A stretch of 64,000 nt of DNA from Actinomyces sp. (lineage in GTDB: Bacteria; Actinomycetota; Actinomycetes; Actinomycetales; Actinomycetaceae), in the NCBI GenBank assembly GCA_029851875.1, contig JARKVC010000030.1:21544-85543 (forward strand), in the 5' to 3' direction. Shown in pieces: positions 40,321 through 49,488 of the stretch. Position 1 is the first letter of the stretch. Each line of letters begins with the position of its first letter. The notes below the pieces were generated by a model that was not told the origin of the DNA, did not search any database, and saw nothing but the letters and a program-made list of their open reading frames with translations. The position numbers and the translations under genes were made by a program.

Positions 40321-41139
40321 ATGCGCAGCTCACGCCGCACCGTACTGACCACCTTGTCCGCCCTGACCCTGGCCGCCGCTGCGCTGGCCGGCTGCGGGTC
40401 CGGGTCCACGACCACGGACCAGGCCTCCACCGCCTCCTCCCAGGCCTCCACCGACTCACTGTCCGGTGAGCTGACGGTCTTCGCCGCCGCCTCCCTGCAG
40501 GACGCCTTCGAGGAGCTGGCCGACGACTTCACGGCGCAGCACCCGCACGTCTCAGTCACCTTCGACTTCCAGGGCTCCCAGGACCTGGTCTCCGCCCTGG
40601 CCGAGGGCAGCGCCGCCGACGTCCTGGCCACCGCCAGCACCTCGACCATGAGGAACGCCACCGAGCAGGACCTCGTGGGCGAGCCCACCGAGTTCGCCAC
40701 GAACGTGCTCACCCTCATCGTGCCAGCAGGCAACCCCGCCGGCGTGACCGGCCTGGACTCCTCCCTGGAGGGGGCCGACCTGGTCATTTGCGCCCCTGCC
40801 GTGCCCTGCGGCGAGGCGACGGCGAAGCTCGCCGCCGAGCTCGGCGTCACCCTCAGCCCGGTCTCCGAGGAGCAGAAGGTCACTGACGTGCGAGGCAAGG
40901 TCGAGTCCGGCGAGGCGGACGCCGGCATCGTCTACACCACTGACGCCGCAGGCGCCGGGGACAAGGTCGAGTCCATCGCCCTGCCCGACACCTCCGTGGT
41001 CAACCACTACCCCATCGCCGTGACCAGGAACGCCGCCCAGGGCGAGGCCGCTCAGGCCTTCATCGACTTCGTCCTGTCCGAGGCAGGCCAGAAGGTCCTC
41101 CAGGACACCTACGGCTTCGGCGCTCCCGCAGCCCAGTGA
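40321..41139 (+). CDS. modA: Molybdate ABC transporter binding lipoprotein
   Basis: LAGC lipobox, VFAAASL, VPCG and GEADAGIVY. Confidence 0.94.
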   Translation: MRSSRRTVLTTLSALTLAAAALAGCGSGSTTTDQASTASSQASTDSLSGELTVFAAASLQDAFEELADDFTAQHPHVSVTFDFQGSQDLVSALAEGSAADVLATASTSTMRNATEQDLVGEPTEFATNVLTLIVPAGNPAGVTGLDSSLEGADLVICAPAVPCGEATAKLAAELGVTLSPVSEEQKVTDVRGKVESGEADAGIVYTTDAAGAGDKVESIALPDTSVVNHYPIAVTRNAAQGEAAQAFIDFVLSEAGQKVLQDTYGFGAPAAQ

Positions 41140-41158
41140 GGAAGTCGGGCCGCCGCCG

Positions 41159-43291
41159 GTGCTCCTGGTGGCGGCCCCTCACGCCCACGTGACGCCTGTG
41201 CCTGTCATGCCTCCTGCCCCCTCCGCCCCTCGGCCGCCGTCGACTCGCCGCCCCCGCGGAGCCCACCGCCCCCGCGGAGCCGCGAACCCCGTGCCCCTCC
41301 TCGTCCTGGTCCTCGCCCTGCTGGGCGGGGCCGTCATCGTGCTGCCGCTGGCCGGCCTGGGCACGCGCGTGGCCTGGACGGAGCTGCCCGTGCTGCTGGG
41401 CTCCGAGTCGGCCCAGGCGGCCCTGGGACTGTCCCTGCGCACCTGCCTGGTGTCCACGCTCATCAGCGTGGTGCTCGGGGTTCCTGGCGCGCTGGTGCTC
41501 TCGCGCTCCTGGCCCGGGGTGCGCCTGGCACGGGTGCTCGCCGTGCTGCCCATGACCATGCCGCCGGTGGTGGCAGGCATCGCGCTGCTGGCGACGCTGG
41601 GCAAGCGTGGCGTGCTCGGCCCCCTCCTGGACCTGCTCGGCCTCCAGGTCTCCTTCACCACCACCGCGGTGGTCATCGCCCAGGTCTTCGTCTCCATGCC
41701 CTACCTCGTGGTGACCCTGGAGGCGGCGCTACGCTCACGCGACGCCCACGCCGAGACCATCGCGCGCACCCTGGGAGCCGGGCCCTGGACGGTCCTGGTC
41801 CGGATCACGCTGCCCCTGGTGGCCCCGGCCCTGGCACGCGGCACCGCGCTCGCGCTGGGGCGCAGCCTCGGGGAGTTCGGGGCGACGATCGCCTTCGCCG
41901 GCTCAAAGGAGGGGGTGACCCGCACGATGCCGCTGGCTATCTACCTGGAGCGCGAGAACGACACCGCGACCTCCCTGGCCCTGGCCGTGGTGCTCATCGC
42001 CATGTCCTTCGTCGTCGTAGGTGCGACCAACGTTCCGTGGCAGCGGCTGGCCCTCCCTCTGCCCTCCCGCGGTCCTCAGCCCGCCGCGCCCCGCAGCCCC
42101 GCAGCCGCGCGCCCTCGTGGCGCGGCCGGTGCTGCGCCACGAGGTCAGCAGGTCCGCCTGGCCTTCTCCTCACGTGAGCGCGGTGTCGTCGTCGACCTCA
42201 CGGTGCCGGCCGGAGGGAGGACGGCGATCATCGGCCCCAACGGGTCAGGCAAGTCCACCGCCTGCGCGGTGCTGGCAGGTCTGCTGGAGGCTGAGGGCGG
42301 TGAGGTCGCGGTCGGTGACCGCCTGCTGGACGCGCCGGGGGTCTTCGTGTCGGCCGGGCGCCGCGACGTCGCGCTGCTGGCCCAGTCGCCCGGGGTCTTC
42401 GGCCACATGTCCGTGCTGGAGAACGTGGCCTTCGGGCCACGCTGCCAGGGAGTACCTCGCGCCCGGGCCCGCGCGCTGGCGATGAGTGAGCTGGAGGCGG
42501 TGGGCGCTGCGGACCTGGCCGGCCGCGGGGGCGGCGAGCTCTCTGGCGGCCAGGCGGCGCGCGTGGCGCTGGCCCGGGCGCTGGCCACACGGCCGGCCGT
42601 CCTGGTCCTTGACGAGCCCATGGCCGCCCTGGACGTGGACGCGCGCGCCCAGATGCGCACCCTGGTCAGCCAGCGCGTGGCTGAGGAGGGGCTGACCCTG
42701 CTTCTGGTGACCCACGACGTCCTCGACCTGACCTCGCTGGCCAGCGACGTCGTCGTCCTGGAGGAGGGGCACGTCGCCCAGCAGGGGCCGCTGTCCCGCG
42801 TGCTGGCAACTCCTGGCTCTGACTTCGTCGCGCAGCTGACCGGCACGGCGGTGCTCGCCGGCACCCTGGACGGCGACGCCGACGCCCCGGCCCTCGTGCT
42901 CGGCGCCGGGCTGCACCTGGTCGGTCGTCCGCAGGAGGAGTGGGAGGGCGTGCCCGGAGCCAGCGGCATCGCGCTTGTCCCGCCCGACGCCGTCGGGCTC
43001 TACCCGCCCAGCCAGAAGGATCCCGGCGGCTCACCGCGCAACCACCTGCCGGTGCGGGTGACCAGTCTGGAACGCGCCGGGTCGATGGTCACCGTGCGCC
43101 TGGCCCTGGCCGGACAGGAGGGCAGGGACCAGCAGCTGTCCGCCGTCGTGACCGCGGGGGCCGTGGCAGATCTCGGCATCGAGGTCGGTGTCCACCTGAG
43201 CGCCGTGGTCAAGGCCGTCCAGGTCCGCGTCCTTCCCGCTAGCCCCTCGTCCCCGCGCACAGCCCTGTCACCAGGCAGACGGCTCAGGTAG
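41159..43291 (+). CDS. Fused molybdate ABC permease-ATPase (ModB-ModC) with TOBE domain (start uncertain)
   Basis: LPMTMPPVVAG and RSLGEFGAT permease motifs, then GPNGSGKST, LSGGQ, LDEP, SPRN and TOBE in one frame. Confidence 0.88.
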   Translation: MLLVAAPHAHVTPVPVMPPAPSAPRPPSTRRPRGAHRPRGAANPVPLLVLVLALLGGAVIVLPLAGLGTRVAWTELPVLLGSESAQAALGLSLRTCLVSTLISVVLGVPGALVLSRSWPGVRLARVLAVLPMTMPPVVAGIALLATLGKRGVLGPLLDLLGLQVSFTTTAVVIAQVFVSMPYLVVTLEAALRSRDAHAETIARTLGAGPWTVLVRITLPLVAPALARGTALALGRSLGEFGATIAFAGSKEGVTRTMPLAIYLERENDTATSLALAVVLIAMSFVVVGATNVPWQRLALPLPSRGPQPAAPRSPAAARPRGAAGAAPRGQQVRLAFSSRERGVVVDLTVPAGGRTAIIGPNGSGKSTACAVLAGLLEAEGGEVAVGDRLLDAPGVFVSAGRRDVALLAQSPGVFGHMSVLENVAFGPRCQGVPRARARALAMSELEAVGAADLAGRGGGELSGGQAARVALARALATRPAVLVLDEPMAALDVDARAQMRTLVSQRVAEEGLTLLLVTHDVLDLTSLASDVVVLEEGHVAQQGPLSRVLATPGSDFVAQLTGTAVLAGTLDGDADAPALVLGAGLHLVGRPQEEWEGVPGASGIALVPPDAVGLYPPSQKDPGGSPRNHLPVRVTSLERAGSMVTVRLALAGQEGRDQQLSAVVTAGAVADLGIEVGVHLSAVVKAVQVRVLPASPSSPRTALSPGRRLR

Positions 43292-43455
43292 ACGACACCG
43301 GGCTCCAGCTTCCCCCTGCTCCCCCTGACGGCACAGGCACCTGTCCTGGCGCAGCGGGCGTGCGCACAGGTAGCCCCCGCAGTACCTGGCTCGCGTGATG
43401 GCCCTGTCCTAACCTGGAGGCACGTCAGAACACGTCCCACTCTGAGGAGAACACG

Positions 43456-44511
43456 GTGACTGCACAGTCTGCACCCACGATCCCCGCCACCATGAAGGCC
43501 GTCGTCATGCGCGCTCCCGGCGACGTCGTCGTCGAGGAGGTCCCGGTCCCCCGTGTCGAGGCTCCTGGCGACGCCGTCATCAGGCTGGCCGCCGCCTGCA
43601 TCTGCGGCTCGGACCTGTGGCCCTTCCGCGGCCTGCAGCCGGTGGACCACCAGCGTATGGGCCACGAGTACGTCGGCACCGTCGTTGAGACCGGTGACGA
43701 GGTCTCCACCCTCAAGGTCGGCGACTTCGTCATCGGCTCCTTCATGGTCTCTGACGGCACCTGCGAGATCTGTCAGGCGGGCTTCCCCTCACGCTGTGCC
43801 AACGCCGGCTCCTACACCGGCAGCCAGGCCGAGTACATGCGTGTCGAGCAGGCCGACGGCACGCTCGTGGTCGTCCCCGGCGGTGCGCCTGAGGACCCCG
43901 AGCGCCTGGCTGACTACCTGGCCGCCTCCGACGTGCTGGGCACCGGCTGGTTCTCTGCCGTGGCCGCCGAGGCCGGCCCGGGCAGGACCATCGCGGTCGT
44001 GGGCGACGGCGCCGTCGGGCTGTCCGCGGTCCTGGCCGCCAAGGCCCTGGGTGCCGAGAAGGTCATCGCCTTCTCCCGTCACGAGGACCGCGCCCGGCTC
44101 GCTCGCGAGTTCGGGGCCGACGTCGTCATCGCCGAGCGGGGCGAGGAGGGCGCGGCCAGGGTCAAGGAGCTCACCGGTGGCCTGGGCGCGCACGGCGTGT
44201 GCGAGGCCGTGGGCACCCAGCAGTCCATGGACCAGGCGCTGGCCTCGTGCCGCCCGGGTGGCTACATCGGCTTCGTCGGCGTCTCCCACGACCAGAAGCT
44301 CGATGGCCAGGACCTGTTCTTCCGTCAGGTCCACCTGCTGGGCGGCCCGGCTCCGGTGCGCCGCTTCCTGCCTGATCTCGTCAAGCGGATCCAGGCCGGC
44401 GAGATCCACCCCGGCAAGGTCTTCACCTCCCGGATCCCGCTGGAGCAGGCGGCCGAGGGCTACAAGGCCATGGACGAGCGCCGCGAGATCAAGGTGATGC
44501 TGGAGGTGTGA
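43456..44511 (+). CDS. Zinc-dependent alcohol dehydrogenase (MDR family)
   Basis: CGSD, GHEYVG, CEIC...C and GDGAVG. Confidence 0.9.
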   Translation: MTAQSAPTIPATMKAVVMRAPGDVVVEEVPVPRVEAPGDAVIRLAAACICGSDLWPFRGLQPVDHQRMGHEYVGTVVETGDEVSTLKVGDFVIGSFMVSDGTCEICQAGFPSRCANAGSYTGSQAEYMRVEQADGTLVVVPGGAPEDPERLADYLAASDVLGTGWFSAVAAEAGPGRTIAVVGDGAVGLSAVLAAKALGAEKVIAFSRHEDRARLAREFGADVVIAERGEEGAARVKELTGGLGAHGVCEAVGTQQSMDQALASCRPGGYIGFVGVSHDQKLDGQDLFFRQVHLLGGPAPVRRFLPDLVKRIQAGEIHPGKVFTSRIPLEQAAEGYKAMDERREIKVMLEV

Positions 44512-44549
44512 GACCTCCCGGCGTGGCTGGGGCCACCGCGCCCCGTCCT

Positions 44550-44591
44550 GGTGGGCCGACGACGTCGCTTGCGCCGTGCCGTCGGCCCACC
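44550..44591 (+). terminator. Hairpin after the ADH gene
   Basis: GGTGGGCCGACG/CGTCGGCCCACC 12-bp stem. Confidence 0.45.
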
Positions 44592-44749
44592 GGCGCACCT
44601 GGCTGGCGGCTGGGTGCCGTGGCCCGCCCCGCCCGCCAGGACGCCGGCCGGGGTGGGCCGTGACGGGGCCGTGTCCTCTACGATGAGCCGGGCGCCGGGA
44701 GAGGCTCGGTGCAGGAGTTCGTGTCGGTGGCAGGCGGGAGGATCAGGCC

Positions 44750-46471
44750 ATGAGCTACGTCGACCCCCGCGCGGTGCGCAAGGAGCGCGGCGCCTTCTTC
44801 ACGCCTGAGCCGATCGCCTCCTTCATCGCACGGTGGGCGCTGCGCGAGGGCAGCGACCGCGTGCTGGAGCCCTCGTGCGGAGAGGCCGTCTTCCTGCGGG
44901 CCGCGGCCGCGCGCCTGGGCGAGCTGGGAGGCGGTGTCCGGGACTCGCAGCTGGTCGGGGTGGACCTGGACGCTGCCTCAGTCGACCGTGCACGTCGGCT
45001 CCTGGAGGCGGACGGCACCCAGGCACGCTTGTCCGTCGGGGACTTCTTCGACTTCACCACCCCGGTGCCGGTCCAGGCGGTCATCGGTAACCCTCCCTAT
45101 ATCCGTTACCAGGACTTTCGCGGCCCCAGCCGGGTCAAGGCGCAGCAGGCCGCGCTCGCCCAGGGAGTCCGCCTGACCAACCTGGCCTCCTCCTGGGCCG
45201 CCTTCACCGTGCACGCCACCAGCTTCCTGGCCCAGGGCGGCCGGCTGGGGCTCGTGCTGCCGGCCGAGCTGCTCAGCGTCAACTACGCCGCCCAGGTCCG
45301 TGAGTTCCTGCTGCGTTCCTTCACCGCGGTGCGCCTCGTGCTGTTCACTGAGCGTGTCTTCCCGGACGTCCAGGAGGAGGTGGTCCTCCTCCTGGCCGAG
45401 GGATTCTCCCGCCACGGTCGCGGGGTCGACCACTTCGAGCTGGTCCAGCTGGCGAACCTGGCGGCCCTGGAGCGCAGCGGCGAAGCCAGCACCTGGCGCC
45501 CCCAGCGCCGCGGGGACCGCTGGACCCCTGCCCTGGCCTCCTCCCCCGCCTACGCCCTGCTCACCGGTGGCCAGGCCGGAACGCTGCCCACGGCGCAGTC
45601 AGCCCAGGCGCCCCAGGTCCCTGCCGTGACGTCCGGCTGCCCTGGTGCCATCCCGCTCTTTGCCGAGCTGTCCACCTGGGGCAGGATCGCGCTGGGCGGG
45701 GTCAGCGGCGCCAACCACTTCTTTGCCCTCAGCCCGCAGCGCGCCAAGCAGGAGGGGCTGCGCAAGCAGGACCTCCTGCCGCTCAGCCCGCCGGGATCAA
45801 CCCACCTACGCTCCCTCGTTCTCGATGACCAGGCCCTGGCCGCGCTAGGAGGCCAGGGCGCGCGCACGCTCCTGTTCTCCCCTCCGAGCAGACCCTCAGC
45901 GGCCGGAAGACGCTACATCGCCGCAGGCCAGGCCACCGGTGTCCACCAGGCCTACAAGTGCCGCGTGCGCTCACCGTGGTGGAGGGTCCCGCTGCCTGAG
46001 GTGGCGGACCTGTTCGTCACCTACATGAACAACGACGCCGTGGCGCTGTGCGCCAACGAGGCCCGCGTCCACCACCTCAACTCCGTCCACGGCCTGTACC
46101 TCGCCGAAGAGGCCCACGGCATCGGGGCCGCGGTGCTGGCTCTGGCCGCCTCCGGCTCCGTGACGGCACTGAGCGCTGAGGTGGTGGGCCGCTCCTACGG
46201 AGGCGGGCTGCTCAAGCTCGAACCGCGAGAGGCCGCCCGGCTGGCGGTGCCCAGCCTGGCGCTGGTACGCAGCCGCCGTGAGGAGCTGGAGGCCTTCCTG
46301 CCACAGGCGCGTCGCCTGCTGGCACAGGGAGAGCACGCACAGGTACGCGAGCAGGTTGACGCCCTCCTCGGCCTTGCTGACGTCGTCGGCGCCCAGGGCC
46401 TGGAGGAGCTGCGCGCCACCCGCCGTCAACTCGCCGACCGCCGTCGTTCACGAGCGAAGGGACCCCAGTGA
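44750..46471 (+). CDS. N6-adenine DNA methyltransferase (gamma-type motif order)
   Basis: GAFFTP, VLEPSCGEAVF (motif I) and IGNPPY (motif IV). Confidence 0.9.
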   Translation: MSYVDPRAVRKERGAFFTPEPIASFIARWALREGSDRVLEPSCGEAVFLRAAAARLGELGGGVRDSQLVGVDLDAASVDRARRLLEADGTQARLSVGDFFDFTTPVPVQAVIGNPPYIRYQDFRGPSRVKAQQAALAQGVRLTNLASSWAAFTVHATSFLAQGGRLGLVLPAELLSVNYAAQVREFLLRSFTAVRLVLFTERVFPDVQEEVVLLLAEGFSRHGRGVDHFELVQLANLAALERSGEASTWRPQRRGDRWTPALASSPAYALLTGGQAGTLPTAQSAQAPQVPAVTSGCPGAIPLFAELSTWGRIALGGVSGANHFFALSPQRAKQEGLRKQDLLPLSPPGSTHLRSLVLDDQALAALGGQGARTLLFSPPSRPSAAGRRYIAAGQATGVHQAYKCRVRSPWWRVPLPEVADLFVTYMNNDAVALCANEARVHHLNSVHGLYLAEEAHGIGAAVLALAASGSVTALSAEVVGRSYGGGLLKLEPREAARLAVPSLALVRSRREELEAFLPQARRLLAQGEHAQVREQVDALLGLADVVGAQGLEELRATRRQLADRRRSRAKGPQ

Positions 46472-47433
46472 CTGAAGCACTCAGCACCGCCGCGCAAGGG
46501 CCCACACAGCAGCCGCGTGGTATCGCCCAGTATGACGCGCTTGTGGCCCGCGCCAGCGCGCGCTCCCCCTGGCAGGTCAGCGGTCAGGGGCCGGCGGCCC
46601 CTGACGGGCAAGCCCCCTCGGCCACGGCGGCGAGGCAGGCCGCGCAGGACGCACGGTCCCGGGCACGCTACCAACCTGACCTGGAGCTGCTGGCCCAGAT
46701 CCTGTCCGTTCCTGTTCGCGCCCAGGCAACCACCCAGAGCGGTCTGCTGGGCAAGGGGCTTGACGCCTGGTTCGCGCACGAGCTCCGCCGCGCCGGCTTC
46801 GCCCCGGACGCGGTCTGGCCCCGTGCCCAGGACCCGCGCGTGCTCCCCACCGACCTCAGCGCGTTTCTGGAGGGACTGCCCGCGCCGCTGCGTCGCGAGC
46901 TGGAGCGGCGCCTGAGCCGCATGCGCAGCGTCGCTCCCCAGGACGCCCGGATCCTCGGACGGGCCTACACCAAGCAGGTCGACGTCGTCATGTCCTCCTG
47001 GCAGACAGGCCCTGAGCTGCTGCTGTCCACCAAGTCCCAGAGTGGTTCCTTCGGCAACAACCTCGCCAACCGCTTCGAGGAGGCCTACGGCGACGCCGGC
47101 AACCTGCGGGCACGCTACCCCCTGGCGGCGGTGGGCTTCGCCTTCGTGGTCAGCTCGGCGATCCTGGCCGAGCCCACCCAGGTGGACAAGGCCGTGGACA
47201 TGATGCTCAAGCTCCGCGACCGTGGGGACGGCAACGGCTACACGACCACCACCCTCATCTGCTACGAGCCGCTCCTCGACGGCGAGGTCCGCCTGCGTCC
47301 AGAGGTGTTCCCCGCCGAGCTGGGCCCGGGCCCGTTCATGGAGACCATGATCGACACCGTCCTCCAGGCGGCCCCGGCCACCCGCCACAGCCAGGTGCGG
47401 GAGCTGCGCCGCCACGGCACCGCTACCCTCTGA
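46468..47433 (+). CDS. Type II restriction endonuclease, probable PaeR7I/XhoI-like
   Basis: KQVDVV...STKSQSGSFGNNLANRFEEAYG resembles the PaeR7I/XhoI-family motif (from recall); GTGA overlap with the MTase. Confidence 0.7.
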   Translation: MTEALSTAAQGPTQQPRGIAQYDALVARASARSPWQVSGQGPAAPDGQAPSATAARQAAQDARSRARYQPDLELLAQILSVPVRAQATTQSGLLGKGLDAWFAHELRRAGFAPDAVWPRAQDPRVLPTDLSAFLEGLPAPLRRELERRLSRMRSVAPQDARILGRAYTKQVDVVMSSWQTGPELLLSTKSQSGSFGNNLANRFEEAYGDAGNLRARYPLAAVGFAFVVSSAILAEPTQVDKAVDMMLKLRDRGDGNGYTTTTLICYEPLLDGEVRLRPEVFPAELGPGPFMETMIDTVLQAAPATRHSQVRELRRHGTATL

Positions 47434-47435
47434 CC

Positions 47436-48263
47436 ATGAGCCCGTCCGTCTCCCCCTCCCCCGCCTCGCGCCGCTGGCGCGACGACCTCCACCTGGCCCA
47501 CACCATCGCCGACCAGGTCGACCCCCTCACCCAGGGGCACTTCGAGCGCCAGGACTTCGAGGTCGAGACCAAGCCGGACCTCACCCCGGTCACCGAGGCG
47601 GACCGAGAGGCCGAGCAGCGCATCCGCGACTACCTGGCGCGGGCTCGCACCCGCGACTCCGTCTACGGGGAGGAGCTCGGCACGACCGGGCACTCTCCAC
47701 GTCAGTGGGTCATTGACCCCATCGACGGCACCAAGAGCTTCGTCCGTGGGGTGCCGGTGTGGGCCACGCTGCTGAGCCTGGTCGAGGACGGCGAGGTGGT
47801 CCTCGGGCTGGTCTCAGCCCCGGCGCTGGGCAGGCGCTGGTGGGCGGTGAAGGACGGCGGGGCCTGGAGCGGCCGTTCGCTCTCCTCAGCGAGGCGCCTG
47901 CACGTGTCCTCGGTCTCGGACACGGCCGACGCCTCGCTGTCCTACTCCTCACTGTCCGGGTGGGCTGCGCAAGGGCGTCTGCGCGGGATGCTCGCTCTCA
48001 TGCAGTCGTGCTGGCGCACGCGCGCCTACGGCGACTTCTGGTCCTACATGCTCGTGGCCGAGGGCGCCGTCGACCTCGCGGCAGAGCCGGAGCTGGAGCT
48101 GTACGACATGGCGGCCCTGGTCCCCATCGTCACCGAGGCAGGCGGTCGCTTCACCTCCCTGGACGGGCAGGACGGCCCGTGGGGCGGCAACGCCGTCGCC
48201 TCCAACGGCTTCCTGCACGCCGAGGCCCTGGCGGCCCTGTCCAAGGTCACCGACCCGGCGTAA
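47436..48263 (+). CDS. hisN: Histidinol-phosphatase (IMPase family)
   Basis: KPDLTPVTEAD, GEE, IDPIDGTKSF, RTRAYGDF and EAGG. Confidence 0.9.
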   Translation: MSPSVSPSPASRRWRDDLHLAHTIADQVDPLTQGHFERQDFEVETKPDLTPVTEADREAEQRIRDYLARARTRDSVYGEELGTTGHSPRQWVIDPIDGTKSFVRGVPVWATLLSLVEDGEVVLGLVSAPALGRRWWAVKDGGAWSGRSLSSARRLHVSSVSDTADASLSYSSLSGWAAQGRLRGMLALMQSCWRTRAYGDFWSYMLVAEGAVDLAAEPELELYDMAALVPIVTEAGGRFTSLDGQDGPWGGNAVASNGFLHAEALAALSKVTDPA

Positions 48264-48554
48264 CCGGAGGTACCGGGGTTCTCCTCGCTGCTACGGGGAC
48301 CAGGCTGCCTCCGTCACGCCGAGGCCTGACCGACTGAAGCGGTCCGGGTGCGCTCAACGCGGCACCACCACCTGGGCCAGGAGGGCCTTGCCCTCGACGT
48401 GCCGCTCACGCTCCTGGGAGCAGCGCCAGGTGAGCAGCCTGCTCTCCCGCACCCCTGTCGCGTGAGCCGGACGAGTCAGGGTCTCCCAGCTCGTCACTCA
48501 CCCGGCCTGGCCGGTACCCTCGTTCCAGCCGTACCGCCTAGCGCTGGGAGCGTC

Positions 48555-49415
48555 ATGAACTGGCTGCACGCCGTCATCCTCGGCATCGTCGAGGGCATCA
48601 CGGAGTTTCTTCCGGTCTCCTCGACCGGGCACCTCAACATCGTGGAGAAGCTGCTCGGCTACGACATCAACACCGTGGGCATGACTGCCTTCACCGCGGT
48701 CATCCAGGTCGGGGCGATCCTGGCGGCGGTGGTCTACTTCTGGCGCGACATCGTGCGGATCGTGCGCGCGTGGGTCATGGGCCTGGCCCACGCTGAGCGC
48801 CGCAGCAGCCCGGACTACGTCCTGGGGTGGGGCATCATCCTGGGCTCGGTACCGGTGGCCGTGATCGGCCTGGTGTTCAAGGACTTCATCGAGGTCACCT
48901 CCCGTTCCCTGTGGGTCATCGCCGGTGCGCTCATCGTGTGGAGCGCAGTCATGTGGCTGGCGGACCGTCGCTCCAGCGCCCCCGGCGCCGCTCACGCCAC
49001 CACGGGCAAGGGCATGGAGCAGGTGGGGGTCAAGGACGCGCTCATCATCGGTCTCTTCCAGGCGCTCGCCCCGATCTTTCCCGGGATCTCGCGCTCCGGG
49101 GCCACGATCTCGGCCGGGTTGTTCCTGCGCTTTGACCGGGTGACCGCCACCCGTCTGTCCTTCTACATGGGCATCCCGGCCCTCGTGGCCGCCGGTGCCC
49201 TGGAGGCCGTCACCGCGGCCTCGGACATCTCGGCCGAGGTCGGCTGGACGCCGACCCTGCTGGCTACTGTCACCAGCGGCGTCGTGGCCTACGCGACGAT
49301 CGCCTGGCTCCTGCGCTTCGTCTCCTCCAACAAGTTCACCAGCTTCCTCGTCTACCGCGTGGCGCTGGGCATGGTCATCATCGTCCTGGTGGCCACGGGC
49401 ACGGTGGCTGCCTGA
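48555..49415 (+). CDS. uppP: Undecaprenyl-diphosphate phosphatase
   Basis: VEGITEFLPVSSTGH and PGISRSGAT. Confidence 0.95.
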   Translation: MNWLHAVILGIVEGITEFLPVSSTGHLNIVEKLLGYDINTVGMTAFTAVIQVGAILAAVVYFWRDIVRIVRAWVMGLAHAERRSSPDYVLGWGIILGSVPVAVIGLVFKDFIEVTSRSLWVIAGALIVWSAVMWLADRRSSAPGAAHATTGKGMEQVGVKDALIIGLFQALAPIFPGISRSGATISAGLFLRFDRVTATRLSFYMGIPALVAAGALEAVTAASDISAEVGWTPTLLATVTSGVVAYATIAWLLRFVSSNKFTSFLVYRVALGMVIIVLVATGTVAA

Positions 49416-49488
49416 GCCGCTGGCCGCGCGAGGCCCCTGGCGGCCTCGTGCACGGATAAGTGTCGTACCCCTGTGAGAAGGTGCGTCC

